DNA of 64,000 nucleotides from an uncultured Nitrososphaerota archaeon (GTDB lineage Archaea; Thermoproteota; Nitrososphaeria; Nitrososphaerales; Gagatemarchaeaceae): NCBI GenBank assembly GCA_963806765.1, contig CAWDYS010000002.1, positions 566,318 to 630,317 of the forward strand, read 5' to 3'. Shown piece by piece: positions 48,883 to 62,100 of this stretch (position 1 is its first letter; each line of letters starts with the position of its first letter). The notes under the pieces were generated by a model. It saw only the letters and a program-made list of their open reading frames with translations, ran no database searches and was not told where the DNA came from. The position numbers and the translations under genes were made by a program.

Positions 48883-51800
48883 TTGAATGAGAATATTTCC
48901 GCCCTTGGGCAGACTGTCGTGAAGGAGGGCTCAGGCACACTGGTGAGCCAAGTGGCTGGTAAACCAGACTCCGACTGCCAACAGAATCGTCCTTCCTGCT
49001 GTCAGTGAGTTGGTGCAATCCCCGCCCCCCAGGTACGTTGCCAAGTTCCCTCTGAGGCCGCTTGCCCAGAGCTGGGCGCCAGCGTGGTTCTACAGCGCCC
49101 TCAACTGGTTGGGCAACTCGTACTACGACGCGAGCAACGTCCAGCAGAGCTTCAGCCTGTACATGGCCGGGTCGGACGTCGACCCATATTCGCGCCTCGG
49201 CTCTACGCGTCTGTTCATGATCTTCTCGACCCGCGAGACCTTCCGCCTCACCCTGGCCGCGGACGTCAACTCCAGCGCGCCGTCCTCGGGCGGCACGACG
49301 TACCCGAACACCGACGAAGGGATCACGCAGATGTACACCGCCCTGTCGGCGAGCCCAATCTTCTCGTCGGTCAGGTACTGCTACATCCCCGGCCGTCTCG
49401 GCCCGAATCCCAACCCCGACTCCTTGAAGCTTCATTTGCAGGCGGCGCCCTCCAGAGCGGCTACGACCCCGCCACCGGGCTGCGAACCATCGTGCTCGGA
49501 TCTGCGGTCTCCCAGGTGGTCCCTCTCGGTGACTTCGACACGACACAGAACGAGCAGATCTACGACGACAGCCCGACAATAGTGCCGCTCGTCGCGGCCC
49601 TGGTCTACGACGTGTTACAGTACAACACGCTCGGAGCCACCACCTTCGTTCTGCCCGTCTTCTACACCCGCGACCAGCTGTCGTCCGGGAACTACTACGT
49701 CAACAGGCTCGGGTCGACCACGACCGTGGCCGGCCAGACATTTGACTACGGTCAGACCGCGCTCTTCCCCGGCGGTCCGGGCTACAACGACGCGGCCGCC
49801 ACCCCCCTGAAGCTGGAGACGACCGCGGTCGTCGCCACCGGAGGGCAGACCTTCTCGACGTACAATTTCGACACGGCGACAGCGGTGACGATTTCAACCC
49901 TGGGTCCAAAGGTCGAGGCCGGCGCGATGTCGCTGACCTACTCTGGCTCTTCGCCGGCCAGCATCTTCGCGAACCAGCGAATCATCGGCTTCTACCGGGA
50001 TTCTAGCTGGGCGACGTGCCTCGGCCTGCCGATCTACGACTTCGGGACGGAGAACTCCAGCTTCACTGCCACGACGGTGGCGCTCGACGCCCCGACCATC
50101 GTCTACGACCCCACGCATCCCTTCCTCAACGGCGGGTCGCTGCAGAATGTCGTCCGGAAACTCACTCAGGCCTCATACGTCTATTCGCCGGATCGGCTGG
50201 TCTCGATTCTGGACTCGGCCATAGCGGCGAAGGACACGGGCAGCGGAGTCGGGCTCAGCGTCACCACGGCGGCGCTTGACTTCAACATGAGCTCCACCCC
50301 GGCCGCGCCCGTCGTCGATCAGCTCACCGTGCCTGTGGTGGCTACCGTTACGACGACCCCACCGCCCGTGACGATTCCGAGCATGGTGAACCTGAACGCG
50401 CAGATAGCGTCCGTTGCCATTACGGGCGCCAGCAAGGCGAAGGCGCGGCGAATCGTCAGCGCTCCCGTCCAGCAGGCGCCAGTCAGCAAGATGGTGGCAC
50501 CGATCAACCTGAACCAGGTCATCGGCTCCGGGGGCAACGCTCCCAGCCAGAGTCAGCCCGCACCGGTGACGATACAGGCAGAGTTGAGCGCGTCCGTCCC
50601 CCGGGAGGCGCTCAGCGGCACGGGGATCACGAGCATCGAGATTGGAACGGCGTTTCCGGAGCAGCAGCTGGGACCGGGCGCGGCATTCGGAGCGGCGACC
50701 GCGGGCACGGCGCTCAACCTCATGGACCGTCACAGCCCCAACCCTGCCCTCGCGCCGGTTGATCTCGCGACCGCGACGGCGGGCGCGAACTTCGCCGCCG
50801 GCGTCTACTACGTGCTCTCCCTCACCGGAACGAGCCTCACCCTCCGGGGCTCGGATGGTTCGTCGGCGTCGAGCGAGCCGACCCTCTCCGGCGCTCCTGA
50901 CCCCCACCACACCTTCGTCGGGGCGATGGTGTACGCCGCGGGCACCACGTCCGTCCGCCTGTACCCCAAGCTGCAGCTCACGCTGCCTGCCCCCACCGTG
51001 GGCACGCACGGCGTCCAACAGGGCCAGACCTACAGCGTCCGCCTGACCTTTGGCAAGGCGCGAAGCCAGTACGACGTCCTCGACTCGACGCAGACGGTCC
51101 TCGACACCAACATCAGCGTCCCCAATCCGAAAGCCGCCGACGGTTCCAGTCCGCAGCAGGGCGACGTGTACTTCGGAAGCTTCATCGGCGGCTCAACTCA
51201 GATGACGGTCTGGTCCGTACCAGTCTTCCTGACCGTCGCCCCCTCGCAGCTGCCGGGCGCCAGCTTCAACGGAAGCATCACCCTGGACGCCCAGACGAGC
51301 GGCGTCCCAGGGTATCAGCTGCAGATCACCGACAGTTCGCTCTTCGTGTACTCCAACATCAACGTCGACACCTTCGCCATCGGCTCCGTCAGCTCCAAGA
51401 ACGTCTTTCTCGCGAGCGCCGTCATCAACTCTTCCCCCGATGACCTGACTTCGAAGGCGTTTGCGCCCAGCAAACTTGTGATGGGCCTCATCCGTCAGGC
51501 CCAGATGGGAACGGTGCTCAGGTACGTGTTCGTGCCCGAGGACGACAGCGTCGTCATCGGTGGCACCCGTTACATGCTCAGCGTGATCAACCTGGGCGAC
51601 TTCGGCGGCGACCCCAACTCCCGTCCGTATCCGCCCGTCTTCTGGCCAGGATCGCGATACTGGCAGTTCGCCAACCGCCATGACCCGTACATCGACGCAG
51701 GGTACACCAGTGCGACCGAGCAGGACCGAATCAGCCAAGCCCAAGCGGACACGGCCAGGATAGGCCTGCAGACGGCGAGTGCGCAGGAACCGATGCAGAT

Positions 51801-53161
51801 GTACCTGGACACTAACCCCGACGAGATGACCGTCTGGCCGATCTACCCGTTCCCGTTCGCGACGTCGACCCAGAGCGTGGACGTGGGGCAGACTGAAGGT
51901 GATAACCAGCACGATCCTTACGATACTCAATACCAGCTTCCCGGCGAGGACGACTCCCGTACCCGGACCGCTGGACGCGGAGCAGGTCACCGTGCCCGGC
52001 TACCTCCAGTCCAACAATCCCTACACGGCCGACGTGGCGACCACCGCGAACACGAACCCGGCGGTCAACACGTCGATCGCACAGGAGGTGGTCGAGCCCT
52101 CCGCTTCAACCCTGTCGCTCTCGAACCTCAGCCGCGGCGTCGTCGCCAACACATCGATCAAGGGTATCCCCGCGCTGCAGAGCCTGGACCTCCTGAAGGG
52201 CCAGCAGGCCGAAGCCAGCTTGGCGGTCGCGAAGAGTCTTGCGCCCGGGGTGGATGTGGCGCAGGCCCGTATCGTGGGATCGGCGGCGCAGGCCGCCGAT
52301 TTTGCCGCGCGCCTCTACCAACCCATCTGCGGCTTCTCGGTCTACAATCCGGGAACCGGGGAAGCGTACATCGTCGAGGTCGTCAACGCCGACCTGGGCG
52401 TCCCGGACCAGCTCCCCGGACCCATCCAGAACGTCACTTACGACCCCTATTACGTCCGTGTGGTCTTCCTCAACACCCTGACCTGCTACAACATGTCAAT
52501 CATCGTGCCGTCGATGGTGCACGACCAGTACGGCCACCTCGCCCGCCAGGGGATAGCGTACCAGAACACCCTCAGCAAGACCAACGAGCTTACGCTGGGC
52601 TACATGTACTCTCTGTACGATGCGAGCAACAACTTCGACAGCCTGACGTTCAGTCCCTATCCCGCCAGCGCCGATCTCGCGCTGAGCGAGTCCCAGTCGT
52701 ACATCTTCACCAACATCCCCTACTCCACGAAGCAGGCCATCAGCTTCAGTCCTCTCAGCCTCTTCGCGAACACTTCTGAACCCCTCTTCATGATCAGCGG
52801 GGCTTCCCAGGCCTTCAATGAGAGGGAACTGGTCTCCTTCAACCCGTCGTCAATCGCATACATTCCCTTCTCCGCGCCGCCCGCGTACTTCGTGTGCCGG
52901 CGCCAGAACTGGAACGCGGATTGCCATCTCATGCAGGCCACCCAACCGGCCGACAAGTCCATCTTCCTTGCCTTCGGCGGAGGAGACCTCGTGCCGTTCC
53001 GGCTGGATGCCGGCTTCACGGTCGACAAGCGCCAACCGGCGCACATGTACAAGCTCACCTACACGTTCGCCGACCAGCGCTACGCCTCGGCCAAGACGAT
53101 TTCGATAGCCAACAAGCCGTATTTCGTCGCCGTGACCGAAGATGGAGGTGCGACGCAGTGA
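48883..53161 (+). CDS. Giant-locus protein 1 (about 1,420 aa, T/S/A/V/G-rich, no recognisable domain), three frameshifts (about 48955, about 49430, about 51900); start tentative
   Basis: A continuous coding-like translation is obtained by joining frames: TTG 48883 (MNENISALGQTVVKEG...), ORF 49010.., the middle of ORF 49084..52779, and ORF 51899..53161. Stop TGA 53159-53161. Confidence 0.65.
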
Positions 53162-56100
53162 CGCAGTACAGGAACTTCTCGATCAACGCGACCGCCGGAA
53201 CGGCCGACCTCCAGGTCGGTGCAAACCAGCCGCTGACTTTTCCGACCGAGTGCTACGTCGTCGGCCAGATAAGCACCACCCTGACTTCGATCGCCACCAT
53301 CAACACCAAACTGGGAACGGGTCTTACCACCACGGGGGACTTCATTAGCGAAGACGACCAGGGGAATGTGATCGATCAGGAGTTCCAACTGATCGCCTAC
53401 AACAATCTCGTCTACCTGATTCGAGCCGTGGCCAACGTCAAGGCGCTGGGCGTCGTCGGTGGGCTCGGGGTCACCTCCGGGCTGCTGGTCGACACCTACG
53501 TGCCCGCGACCACGGGGAACCTAGCCCTGGCTCAGGGCGCCCGCTACAAACGAAGCGGACTGCAGTTCTTCGGTACTACGTACACGCCCGCGACCATGGT
53601 CGACACGCTCGACACGCTGGACTTCACGAGCATCACCGGCGAGACGTTCCACGCCCCGACCATCTTCATCCCCATCCCCGAGCTGGATGCCACCAAGGGT
53701 TTCGTCGCCAATCTGTCCGACTTCCTCGGCCAGCAGATCTGGACACTGATCTATCCCGAGGTCGTGGCCCAGCCAGGCCAGAAGGTCAACGGCGTGACGT
53801 ACCCGATCGGCTTCAACCTCGATGTCGAGGGTAAGCCAATCCTGAGCCTTCAGAAGCTGCACTTCGTCTACGACCCGCTGGTCGTCTTGTTCACCCCCAA
53901 CGACCTGACCCACAGGTACCCGCTGCAGCCCAAGCAGCAGGTGCTGGCGCTGACGAACGGCCAGATTCAGGAGGCCATCTGCTGGCGCACGGCGAACGTC
54001 CAGCCCCAACGCCTCCCACCAGCGAACATCTCCGCCCAGCAGATTCTCCCCGCCGGCTATGGAATGGACCGGCCCAACATCATCTACTCGTCCCACAACC
54101 GCCCGGTAATCACGCCAAGCAACGCGGACTATCTGGGAATGTCGGTCAGCAAGCTTCCTCTCAGTCTCCGGAGTCGTCTACAACATCGAGGAGTCCGCCA
54201 TGTCCGGTGACCAGACCGGCTCGAGCTTCGTTTCGGCCGTCTCCTCCGGCGCGAACATGCTTGTCGGCGTGCTGTTCGACTACGACAACAACGACCTGGG
54301 AACGCTGAGCCCGTACGATGCGACCAAGTCGACCAAGGGCGTCGTCTTCATCAACGGCTATCTTGGCGCCTCCGGGTACACCTTCTCGAGTCCAGACCAC
54401 TTTGATGTCAACGACGTGCTCCCGTCCCAGGTGCCCCGGCTGGAACGAGATCGCCGCCATCCTTGGCCAGGACGTGGCCTTCTACGACGTCGACGCGAGC
54501 CTGCCTCGCCAGTTCTGGAGCCTGACCTATGATACGTTCACCGCGCCTGGACTGCCGAACTTCATCCCCAACGTTCCGCCGTCGATGGTCGATCCCACCT
54601 TCTCCAACCGGACCCGCTCGCTGATTCTGAGCCTTCAGAATCCCGTCCGGCCCACCGAGCTCGGCCTCATGGACACGTACAGCTCGGTCGTCTCGGCCAA
54701 CCTCCACCTCGAGAACGGGGTCACCGGCTCCATCTTCCTCAGCAAGAAGGCCGACCGGGACGTCGCCTCGATCGGGAGCAACCCGGCCGGAATCCAACAG
54801 CTTCCCGCTGTTCGGTCTGCCGACGAAGTACGACTTCTTCATCTTCTCGCGGGATCACTACTGGACGCTGAAGGGTGCCACCTTCGAGCTCATCGACCAA
54901 GGCTACGCCATGTGCCTGGTCGACGACGGCTCGGGGACGGGAACAAAGGTGTCCAAGTGCTTCATTGATTCCGACGGGAACTACAACGAACTGTACACCT
55001 ATGCCCTGTACTCTCCTGACGGCGGCATCATCGAGTCGTCCAGTTTCACCCTGAAGGTGACGCTCGGCGCACCAGCCAACCTTGGCGCCACCCCGATCAT
55101 CCCGGAGACGCCAAACAACGTCAATCCCCAGGACCTGGTGGCGCAGATCAACAAGGTCTCCAACCTGGTCTACGCCGCGTTCGGGCCCTCCAGCCCCGGA
55201 CAGCCCCCGGCATACATTCCAATCCAAGCCGTGCCGGGCGAGGTCCAGGCCGCGCCCATCATCGGACCGCCGGGCTTCAGCGGCTACAGCCTCAACGTCG
55301 TCGGGGCGAACCGCCAACCCGTCCAGATCTCCCAAATCTACTCGGCCGGTGTGACGTACCCCATCGCCGGCTCGACCACCGCCATCCCGTTCAACCCGAA
55401 GTCGGGCAAGTCTGTGCCATTCTACGGCTCCCTCTCCCACGGCCTTGACAAGCAGTCTTCCTTCCCCCTGCTGCAGTCCAAGGATCTGACCTCCTTCATT
55501 CCCCGCTCGACGGTCCCTCAGGGTCCAACAGCCGGTCTCTATGGCGGCAACGGGCTCGGCGCCCTCATCGGCACGCCGTTCAGCTGCGCCTTCCAGGGGT
55601 CGGGTGCGATACCTCCGGCCGTCACGGGCAACCCGACGCCCGGTACGACCATGAAGGCCGATGACAGCGTCTTCTACACTTTCAATGCGGTGACCAACAC
55701 CATCATGGACTCGACCGGCAAGTCGGCCACCGTGGGCGGCGGCCAGTACTTCGTCGACGCCACCGACCCGCTCAATCCGATCTTCGCCGTCCTCACGCTC
55801 CCCAAGTTCACGCTGAATGGGAACACCTACGCGGTCAACCTCAGCACCACCCTCTCTGACGGCGTCACCTCGCGCTACACCCTCGTCGTCGGTGGAAAGA
55901 GCTACCTCTTCGGTCCGGACAACGCCCACGTCACGGCCGATCGAACAATCTTCACCTTCAATCCGCTGCAGGGCGGAATCTACGCCGTCACCTACGCGGC
56001 CATCGATGATCCGGCCGGGAGTGAGGGTCTCACGCCGATCACCCTGACTCCCTTCTCCGTCGCCGCGGGCGGGCTTGTTGCAACGGTCGACGTCTTCAAC

Positions 56101-59100
56101 AATCCGGGCGGGCTCAGCAACATCGTTCTCGGTGTGGCCGGCCGTCAGTACACGTACGATCCGGTTCACGCGACGGTGACCGTAACTCAGGGTGCCACCT
56201 CGACGACGGTGCCACTGTCGACCGGGCTGACCTTCGCCTCCAACAGCGGCTACGGCTATGTCGTCGGCTTCAGCAACGGCGCGTACACCGTGAATGAGAG
56301 CCTCATGTTCCCGTACTCAGCGACGACGACCGGCGCTGCGGCGTCCTATGCCATCATGACGTCGCCGCAGATGTTCACGATAGGCGGAAACTACTACACC
56401 TTCAACCAGGATTCCACCGGCAAGTACCTCGACGTGACTGGCAACGGCCAGACCTATCCCATCAATCCGTACCAGTTCTCGATCAACGGGCTGGTCTACA
56501 TCATCAACACCAACGTCCAGCCCAACACTGTGATTGGCGGCGGCAACGTGTACACGATGACCGCCGGAAACACCCAGTTCATTCTCAACGGAGTTCAGTA
56601 CACCATCACGCTGAAGGGAGGGTCGCTGAATGGAGCAACCATATCCGGGCAGTTCAACGTCACTCAGGCCAACGTCGTCGTCATCGAGAACTACGTGTAT
56701 CAGCTCGACACGCTGAACGGGCAGATCGTCGGCAACGGGACGACCTACCCCCTGACCACCTCGGGGTTCACCTACACGATTACGACCGCGGACCGCAGCT
56801 TCACGGTAACCACGGAACCCAACGCCGCGACGGTGACCATCGGCAACATCAACTACCTGATCAACAACACCACGGTCGTAGGCGACGGAGTCACCTACCC
56901 CATCCTGCCCTATCGCACATTCGTCGACGGCGCGACCACGTTCAACATAGGATTGGACGGGACCGTGTCCGTCCCTCCCGTCACCTCCCTGTCGGGGTCG
57001 TCCCCGTGGACTCGGTCCACGTTCACGGATACCGCCACCTACACCGTCAATGACATCGCCGCCTTTGACAACACCGCGTACTACCTGATCTCCGGCACGC
57101 CGGGCCAGTTCACCGCGGCGACTCTGACCTACTCGCTTCGGACGGACGTCGTCGCCATAACAGCCGGTGCCGCGAAGACGTACATCGTCAATACGAGCGG
57201 TCCCCTGAGTCCAAACCAGTTCACCTTCGGGACTCGGACGCTGTTCTTCGGGCGCCCGAACGACGTTGCGGCCTTCGACGGCCGTCACTACTACGCCATA
57301 AGCAACGGGCAGTTCACCGACTCCAACACGGGCCTCACCTACACCCTAAGCGGGAACACCGCCGTGAACCAGGGCAACAGCTACGAGATCTTCAGCAACC
57401 TGGGGCAGGGCCCCTACTTCGAGGTTCCAGGCGGCCCAACCTACTACGTCAACGTGGCAGTTGCCGACACCGGGACGCCCAGCGGCGACATCTACAGCGT
57501 GTTCCCAATCTCGGGTGGGCAGTTCACCATCCCGCTGGTCTACACCGTTACCGTCGCCGGCAGCGTCGTGACCGTGGCCTCGTCAACCTTCACCGGAGGG
57601 CCAACCGTAGTCACCACACTTACCGCGGCCGGAGGCTCGTTGACCGGCGGCTACTTCGAGGATCCAGTCACGAAGATCGTCTACAACTGCGTCGTCGATG
57701 GCACCGTGGTGAGCTTCGTCGATTCAAACAACGCCACCTTCCCCTATCCGGCCGCCGGCACAACGAACACCTTCGTGGCCTCGGTGGTCGCAACCACGGG
57801 CGTGAGCCTGGCCGTCGACAGTCAGGCGACTCCGGCCATCTACCCCATCATCAACAACCAGTTCATCGTTGGCACGGCCACTTACACGGTCAACGTGCCG
57901 GTGGCATACCAGAATCCAGCCACGGCAATCTGGCCCATGGTCGACGGCCGTTTCATCGTCCCAAGAACCGCTCCGCTATCGAACGTGGCCTATACGGTGA
58001 GGGGCGGCACCGTAATCAAGAGCTACGTAATCTCCGAAGACGACGAGTTCTCCGTCGACGGCAACGTCGTCTATACGGTCAACGCGGTGAACGTCGTTCG
58101 GGCGACCAATCAGGCCACTCTCGGTGGAACCGAGCCGAACCAAACCCTCGTATCAGGTCCATACACCTACACACTCAACCCCACCACGTCGCTGGCTGCA
58201 ATCCAGCCGGCCGGCCTTAGCTACAACACGGGCACAAAGCAGTTCACGGTCACATACAACGGCCTGGCCGTCACCTACACCGTCGGCTCGGGAACCGTAG
58301 CGGACAGCCGCAATCCGACGAACACCTTTGCGGCAACCCTCGCTGGATCCCAGCTGACCTTCACCGACACGGTCAGCGCCGTCACGCTCACGTTTGACAG
58401 CAGCGGGAACAACCAGATAACGGCCGGGTTCACCTACACGAACCACTTCTTCGTCGATGTCATCGGCGGCATCACCTACTACATCGACGAGGCGGACAAC
58501 CGGGTCGAGGCCATCTCCTATCCTCCCGAGACCACGCAGTATGCCTTCGTTCCCGCCGACGGCAAGACCTACCTGATCCACTACAGCAACGTCGGCGTCA
58601 ACTTCCCTGTAATCTCGGGTCCCAACGTCAACGTGGGAGTGGCGACGGTCGGCTCCGAGACATTCACCGTCAACGTGGACCAGGTCACCCCGACCAGCGG
58701 TGGAGCTGGCATATCGATCAACCAGAACTCCTTCGAGATCAACGGAAACCTGTACACGATTACCGGGACGCCAGTCGGGGCGGACTACTCTTCGTGCCAG
58801 GTCGTGGGTGATGCGATGGCGCCCAGGAACTTCGTCTCGCCCAATACGTTCAGGCTCTCCGACCCTACCGTTACCTATGCCCTGCAGCTCGATGCCTCCA
58901 ACCTGCCGCTTGCGATCTCCGCCAGCTTCACCGTCAGGCCGAGCCGCGACCTTATCGTCGTCAACGACAATGTGTACATCATTACATACAACACGGTCAG
59001 CACGGGGTCCCTTCTAGGTCAGGGACAGTCGTCGATCGCCATCGCTAACTCCAGTTTCACGCTCACCAATCCGCTCGACACAACGAAGGCCAAGTTCACA

Positions 59101-62100
59101 TTTGCCGACCTGAACATCTATGACGCGGCCTCGGTCGTCGGGCAGTTCACAGTCTACCCGGTGCCTACGTTCTTCATCGGCAGCGCCACGTACACGTTGG
59201 ACCCGGTGAACCTGGTCGTGACGGACAACAACAAGCGCCCGTTCCCGCTGATTCCGAACCCCACCATGTTCAGCATCAACGGGTTCAACTACGTCATCGA
59301 CACTAACCGTGTTCCTCACGCCATCGTGGGGAACAGCAACATCTCACCTCTCTCCACGGACGTAACCGTTCAGAGCGGCCAGCCTGTCCCCAATTCAACC
59401 TTCACGCTGAACGGGCAGATTTACGCGTACATCGAAGATTCGCTGCACAATCTGCTGACCGTCACCGGAACGAAGAGCTACGCAGTCGCTCAGCCGGCCC
59501 TGACCTTCAAGCTGGACTCCAGCCTGATCTTCACAATCAGCACAGCGCCGCCCGCAGCCGGCAACTACGCTGGCTCTGTCGTTCCCATCGGGACTGTCAC
59601 GGCCGGAACCCTGACCCTCAACCTCTACTCAGGAGGACCGGAGTCGGGCAACGCAGACTTCTTCATGTACAAGAACGTCCTGTACACTCTGGTCAAGTCG
59701 GGCGGGGTCTATGAGTCCGTCCAAAAGTCGTACACGGTCTACGCCTCCTCACCGACAACGAGCCAGCAGCAACTGGCCGTGTTTGACCTCAACGGCACGA
59801 CATACATGGTCACCGACGGAACGACGACGGGCGTCGGCTCCGCCGCAGGAATCAATCCCGGAACCATGTGGGCTGAGACATCGATCTCCAACGTCGAGAC
59901 CCAGTTCGGCCTTGTCTACGGGTTTGCATCACAACCGACGAACGTCTCCCAACCCGGCCTGGCGGCATTCCAGTTCCAGGTGACCGACTCCAGCGGCAAC
60001 AACACGCTCTACGACATCGTCTACACGCCCGGCAGCAACGCGAACGTGGTGAAGGTCGACACTCCGGCACTGCTCCCGACGTTCATGCAGGCGGGACCGT
60101 TCACGTTCACGGCATCATACCCGCTCACCTTTGAGACGGGCGGCTACAACGCCTTCACCACGTTCGTCTCCGAGACCTCCACGCCGAGCGAGAGCTTCTC
60201 TGGAGTCTACAAGACGCCGGTGGTCTCCACCGACGCTCTCGTCGACAAACTGATCACGGCCCAGGGCGACTTCAGCCTGGAGTTCTGGCACTCGATTCCG
60301 GTGACGGTCACCGACGCCTACCACCCCTTCACCTACTCTGCCAGCACGGCGAACCCGCTCGTCTACCACGTCGACGTCGACTTTGACAGCGGCTCCGACA
60401 TCTACGTCGGAATAAACAACACCGTGATGCAGGCTGTCACCACGCCCCCTGTCTTCTCGTCGGGATGGCGGCACTTTGCTCTCACCTATGCCCAGCCCTA
60501 CGTGATCTTGTGTCGGGGGGCCGGGTTTGAGGTCAAGCAGGCCACGAATTACAACTTCAACCGCGAATTCAGTCTGGCCATGACCTTCGCGGCCTCCGAC
60601 GTTGCGTCCAATCAGGGCCTTCTGTACAAGGGGACAGGGTCCGACATCACGTCCCCCCAGACTGACCATGTCGTACCGCGTGGGAATCAGCGGCGGGGCG
60701 GTGACTCTGACGCTCACCGACGGCAATTCGACCATCAGTCCCGTATTCACCGGGCCGGCCGTGCTCCAGGCCGATCAGTTCTACCAGGTCATCATCGTGA
60801 AGCACACCACCACTCCTGCCGGAAACTCCGACAGCGCAGATCCGTACGCTCCTCCCTTCGACATGAGCGAGCTCGGACCAGCGGCTTCGGCCGGGACGAG
60901 CGTCACGGCATCGAGCCTGCCCTCAGGCGGCGGAGGCATCAACATCACCAACATTGGCCCGGCCAACCCAGGGGCCACACCAAAGCTGACCGCGTTCCTC
61001 AACAAGATACAGGCCGCGCCCAGCAAGAGCTACTCGGTCGTCATCTCCGTCCGAACGGTCAACGACGATGGCAGCTTCGGCCCGTGGCAGTCCAAGACCA
61101 CCAATCAGAACGTGACGGCTGGTGATCCCGGTCTGTTGATCAACCCTACGGGGTCCGCCCATCTGCTCATCGGCTCTGCCTACGACGACAACGGACAGGC
61201 CATGCCCTTGGGTGGCTCGAGCAGCACTGGGAACATCCGACAGGCGTACCTGTTCAACACCGCCATCAACCCGGAGGGCATCACGACCACCGCCGGGGTT
61301 GTCGACATCGCCAACGCCTCTTCCGACGACCTCCTCAAGGCCGGCCTCGTCGGCTACTGGTCGGCGAAGTACGACCCCAATGGCGTACTCAGCAACCCCT
61401 ACGACCAGACGGCTCCGGCCATCTCCACCAACGCGGCCCTTGCCTACCTTGCTCCTCTCATGGGACACGAGTTCGAAGGGACGAGCCTCTACATCAACGG
61501 AGCAGCGATACCGCTCAATCTCGTGACCGGGGCGGCTGTGCCCGCCTCAGTGGCCGGATACGCCGCAGGGTCATCGCTCCTCAACTTCAACGCAGGCCTG
61601 TACAGGCTGGAAGAGATCAGCATGTGGCAGATGGTCCGCCAGCCGTATCAGGTCATCGACGATATGTTCGGGCGGCTCATCCCAACCAACGAACCGTTCC
61701 TCATCATCTATCTCAGCGGATCGTTCCAGGTCCAAGCCATTAACGCGCCTATTCTGCCGATGAACAAGTACATCGACAACATAACGATCACCAATCCGGT
61801 GGAGTCCATGGACCTGAAGTTCTCGTCCGCATCGCTGGATCTGTCGGGTTGCCCAGCGGTGGGACGATGCGGACCGCTGGTGACACCGAACCTGTACACG
61901 CCGCCGAGCGTCGCGCTCACGGTCTGCGATACGGTGCCCCACCTGACGACGTACTCGGTCACGCTCAACAACGTCACCACCAGCCTCGCCGGCGAGATCA
62001 ACGAGGCCTATGTGTACATCAAGAACAACGTCCTCTCCCTGTATGCGGGGAAGAAGGTCGGGGACCTTGTCCTGTCCTGGGTATCACAGGAGCAAGGCGA

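Noticed and set aside
49084-52779. Track ORF of 1,231 aa taken at face value as one protein
   Set aside because: Its first roughly 115 aa and last roughly 290 aa are R/P/G-rich out-of-frame read-through. Only the middle (about 49430-51900) belongs to giant gene 1, which continues in other frames on both sides.
54739-56169. 476-aa minus-strand ORF antisense to giant gene 2 (also 56317..57288, 60115..60750, 60923..61468)
   Set aside because: G/R/D/V-rich antisense shadow ORFs. The plus-strand frame gives a long coherent protein.
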